From: a virus
Taxonomy: Duplodnaviria; Heunggongvirae; Uroviricota; Caudoviricetes
DNA: 8,863 nucleotides
Reading direction: 5' to 3' (one strand)
Virus record (IMG/VR): IMGVR_UViG_2713896779_000012
The notes under the pieces are model-generated. The model saw nothing but the letters and a program-made list of their open reading frames with translations, was not told the origin of the DNA and searched no databases. The position numbers and the translations under genes were made by a program. This document shows, in pieces, positions 7,166 through 8,863 of this stretch (its first letter is position 1; every line of letters starts with the position of its first letter).

Positions 7166-7561
7166 TCACATTTCATAGGTAATGACATAAGTCAGATCGG
7201 CAGAACTCCACAGGCCCGCATCATCGTCGCGCCGGTAGTCATAGCCACTGGCCACCATACTGGTGATCAAATCTGACAGTGCCGGGATATCGCTCATCAC
7301 CGGATAAATCCGGGACTCCATCCACGCATCCAGCTCTGAATCCGGTACCTGAGCAGGCAGGAAAACTTCAATATGCAGCTCCGCCTGCCAGGTATCGCTG
7401 TCCAGCTCTTCGCCCGTGTATTCAGCGCCGGTGAGATAAACGGCAACTGCCGGAAAATCCGCCTCATCAAAAACAGCGGGGCGACCATCAAAAAGCGTCG
7501 CCCCGGTGTCATGCTTCTCCAGTGCATCCAGTACGGCTGCACGGAGTTCAGTATGTTTCAT
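7166..7561 (-). CDS. U: Tail tube terminator protein U (131 aa)
   Basis: [34 protein letters not shown]...LTYVITYEM matches lambda gpU. ATG at 7559-7561 overlaps the Z stop (ATGA). Stop TGA at 7166-7168. Confidence 0.93.
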   Translation of the reverse strand: MKHTELRAAVLDALEKHDTGATLFDGRPAVFDEADFPAVAVYLTGAEYTGEELDSDTWQAELHIEVFLPAQVPDSELDAWMESRIYPVMSDIPALSDLITSMVASGYDYRRDDDAGLWSSADLTYVITYEM

Positions 7562-8136
7562 CGCTTTATTACCATTCTCAGTTGATGCTGCAGCGCATAG
7601 CCCAGCTCTTTCGGAAGACGTTCACGCCGTATCCGTTCAATATTCTGTTTAAATGCCGTGGTCAGCGGCACCGCCATCGGAATTTTCACCACATCAATGG
7701 GGTAACGATTTTTCCCGGCCACACGCTGCATGACATGCCACCGGCCATTTTTCAGTTGCTGAATAAACGCGCCGGGAATATGACGGTTACCCACCACAAG
7801 CACGCTGCCGCCACCTTTCAGGGATGAACGCTGCCCCTTTTTACGACGCCTGCGGCGCGAAAGGACAACCCGCGCATTACCCAGCCTGATTACGGGCAAA
7901 TCCCCCCGGTTAACTTTGATTCTGGCCTGCGGATTTTTGACCGTGGCCCTTTTCAGCCTGGCCCTTTCCTTTACCAGTTTCCGGCGTACCTTTGTCTCAC
8001 GGGCAACCTGTGACGCCGACTGCGATATCGCGGATGAAGCAACGCGGTTAATGGCCATTGCGGCGGCACCGGGCACCGCCGTTTTGCTGATACGGCTGAG
8101 GTTTTCAACGGCCTGCTCAAGACCTTTTATGGGCAT
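7558..8136 (-). CDS. Z: Tail completion protein Z (192 aa)
   Basis: ORF MPIKGLEQAVENLSRISKTAVPGAAAMAINRV...[11 protein letters not shown] matches lambda gpZ. ATG at 8134-8136 is preceded by a purine-rich AAGGGGGAGG. Stop at 7558-7560. Confidence 0.93.
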   Translation of the reverse strand: MPIKGLEQAVENLSRISKTAVPGAAAMAINRVASSAISQSASQVARETKVRRKLVKERARLKRATVKNPQARIKVNRGDLPVIRLGNARVVLSRRRRRKKGQRSSLKGGGSVLVVGNRHIPGAFIQQLKNGRWHVMQRVAGKNRYPIDVVKIPMAVPLTTAFKQNIERIRRERLPKELGYALQHQLRMVIKR

Positions 8137-8147
8137 ACCTCCCCCTT

Positions 8148-8501
8148 TCAGCGGCGACGGTTAACGGCAGGCGGCACGCCACGCCCGAGCCAGAGATGAC
8201 AGCTTCCACCATCATCCGGCGAAACCCGGTCTATCCAGAAGTTTTCCTCACCGATGGTCAGCGTGTCTCCACGCCGCAGCTGCCGCACATCATCAGTCCG
8301 GACAAACAGGGACGGGCTGGAGCCTTCAACGCGCACGCCCTGTCCGGCATAGCTGATATTTTCAGGGTCATCAAAAACACCACGTATTACTGCGCCGGAC
8401 TGCTCACCGGATGTCATGGTGGCTGACGTTCCCATGTACCCGCGTATCGTTTCATCGGCGCGGGCAATGGCAGCATCGAACAGGTTATCGAAATCAGCCA
8501 C
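8148..8501 (-). CDS. FII: Head-tail joining (head completion / tail attachment) protein FII (117 aa)
   Basis: ORF MADFDNLFDAAIARADETIRGYMGTSAT...HLWLGRGVPPAVNRRR matches lambda gpFII. The start codon at 8499-8501 is GTG (plus strand cac), preceded by GGGAGG. Stop at 8148-8150. Confidence 0.9.
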   Translation of the reverse strand: MADFDNLFDAAIARADETIRGYMGTSATMTSGEQSGAVIRGVFDDPENISYAGQGVRVEGSSPSLFVRTDDVRQLRRGDTLTIGEENFWIDRVSPDDGGSCHLWLGRGVPPAVNRRR

Positions 8502-8512
8502 AGCGCCTCCCG

Positions 8513-8863
8513 TTATTGCATTCTGGCCAGGCCACGTTCCGTCATTTCGGCTGCCACACCGGCAGAGACACGAAACGCCGTTCCCGGCAGCACAAATGCC
8601 ACAGGTTCATCCCGCGTGGCGTGAAGTGCATCGGTATGCAGCGTCACCAGTGCCACAACCGTGACCAGAGCAGCCGTATCAGTCACGGTATCCGTCTGTG
8701 CTGATACCACCTCATTTTCATGTCCGGTCAGCGCATTTTCCGGGCTGACAGACGAGTCCTGACCGGCAGCCTCATCCGTGTCATCAAGCTCCTCTTCCAG
8801 CTCTGCCACACGGAGCGCCAGTTCTTCTTTCGTCCCCGTCAGGCTGACATCACGGTTCAGTTG
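8513..8863 (-). CDS. FI: DNA-packaging / head assembly protein FI, C-terminal ~116 codons (3' partial; gene starts beyond the window end)
   Basis: In-frame translation from the window edge reads QLNRDVSLTGTKEELALRVAELEEELDDTDE...FVLPGTAFRVSAGVAAEMTERGLARMQ*, matching the lambda gpFI C-terminal part as I recall it. Stop TAA at 8513-8515. The ORF-track start at 8809 is only an internal Met. Confidence 0.88.
   Translation of the reverse strand, partial: QLNRDVSLTGTKEELALRVAELEEELDDTDEAAGQDSSVSPENALTGHENEVVSAQTDTVTDTAALVTVVALVTLHTDALHATRDEPVAFVLPGTAFRVSAGVAAEMTERGLARMQ

Noticed and set aside
7159-7188. Upstream V start giving [15 protein letters not shown] (ORF-track start at 7188)
   Set aside because: It would overlap the U 3' end by 23 nt. 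The ATG at 7156-7158 has a GAGGA Shine-Dalgarno sequence and gives the expected [13 protein letters not shown]-terminus.
1-8863. Chi recombination hotspot octamer (GCTGGTGG or its complement)
   Set aside because: I did not see one in a by-eye scan, consistent with a lambda-like genome, but a manual scan of 8.8 kb is not reliable enough to report as a finding.

Overview
This window is the tail-morphogenesis block of a bacteriophage lambda-type (lambdoid, E. coli) late operon, read entirely on the minus strand. Gene order from high to low coordinates is FI (3' part) - FII - Z - U - V - G/GT (programmed -1 frameshift) - H (853-aa tape measure) - M - L - K - I - J (5' part). The translated ORFs match my memory of the lambda proteins almost residue for residue, but I cannot run an alignment, so exact identity is unverified. 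Genes are tightly packed with overlapping stop/start codons; the only intergenic space of note is about 60 bp between I and J, which holds a GC-rich hairpin. I see no inserted accessory gene (moron), defence system, RNA gene, CRISPR array or mobile element, and no credible undescribed system. The main anomalies are technical: three 50-N scaffold gaps (inside K/I, L and M), one of them flanked by a 54-bp duplicated contig overlap, plus six isolated N bases. These make intact genes look fragmented in the ORF track.
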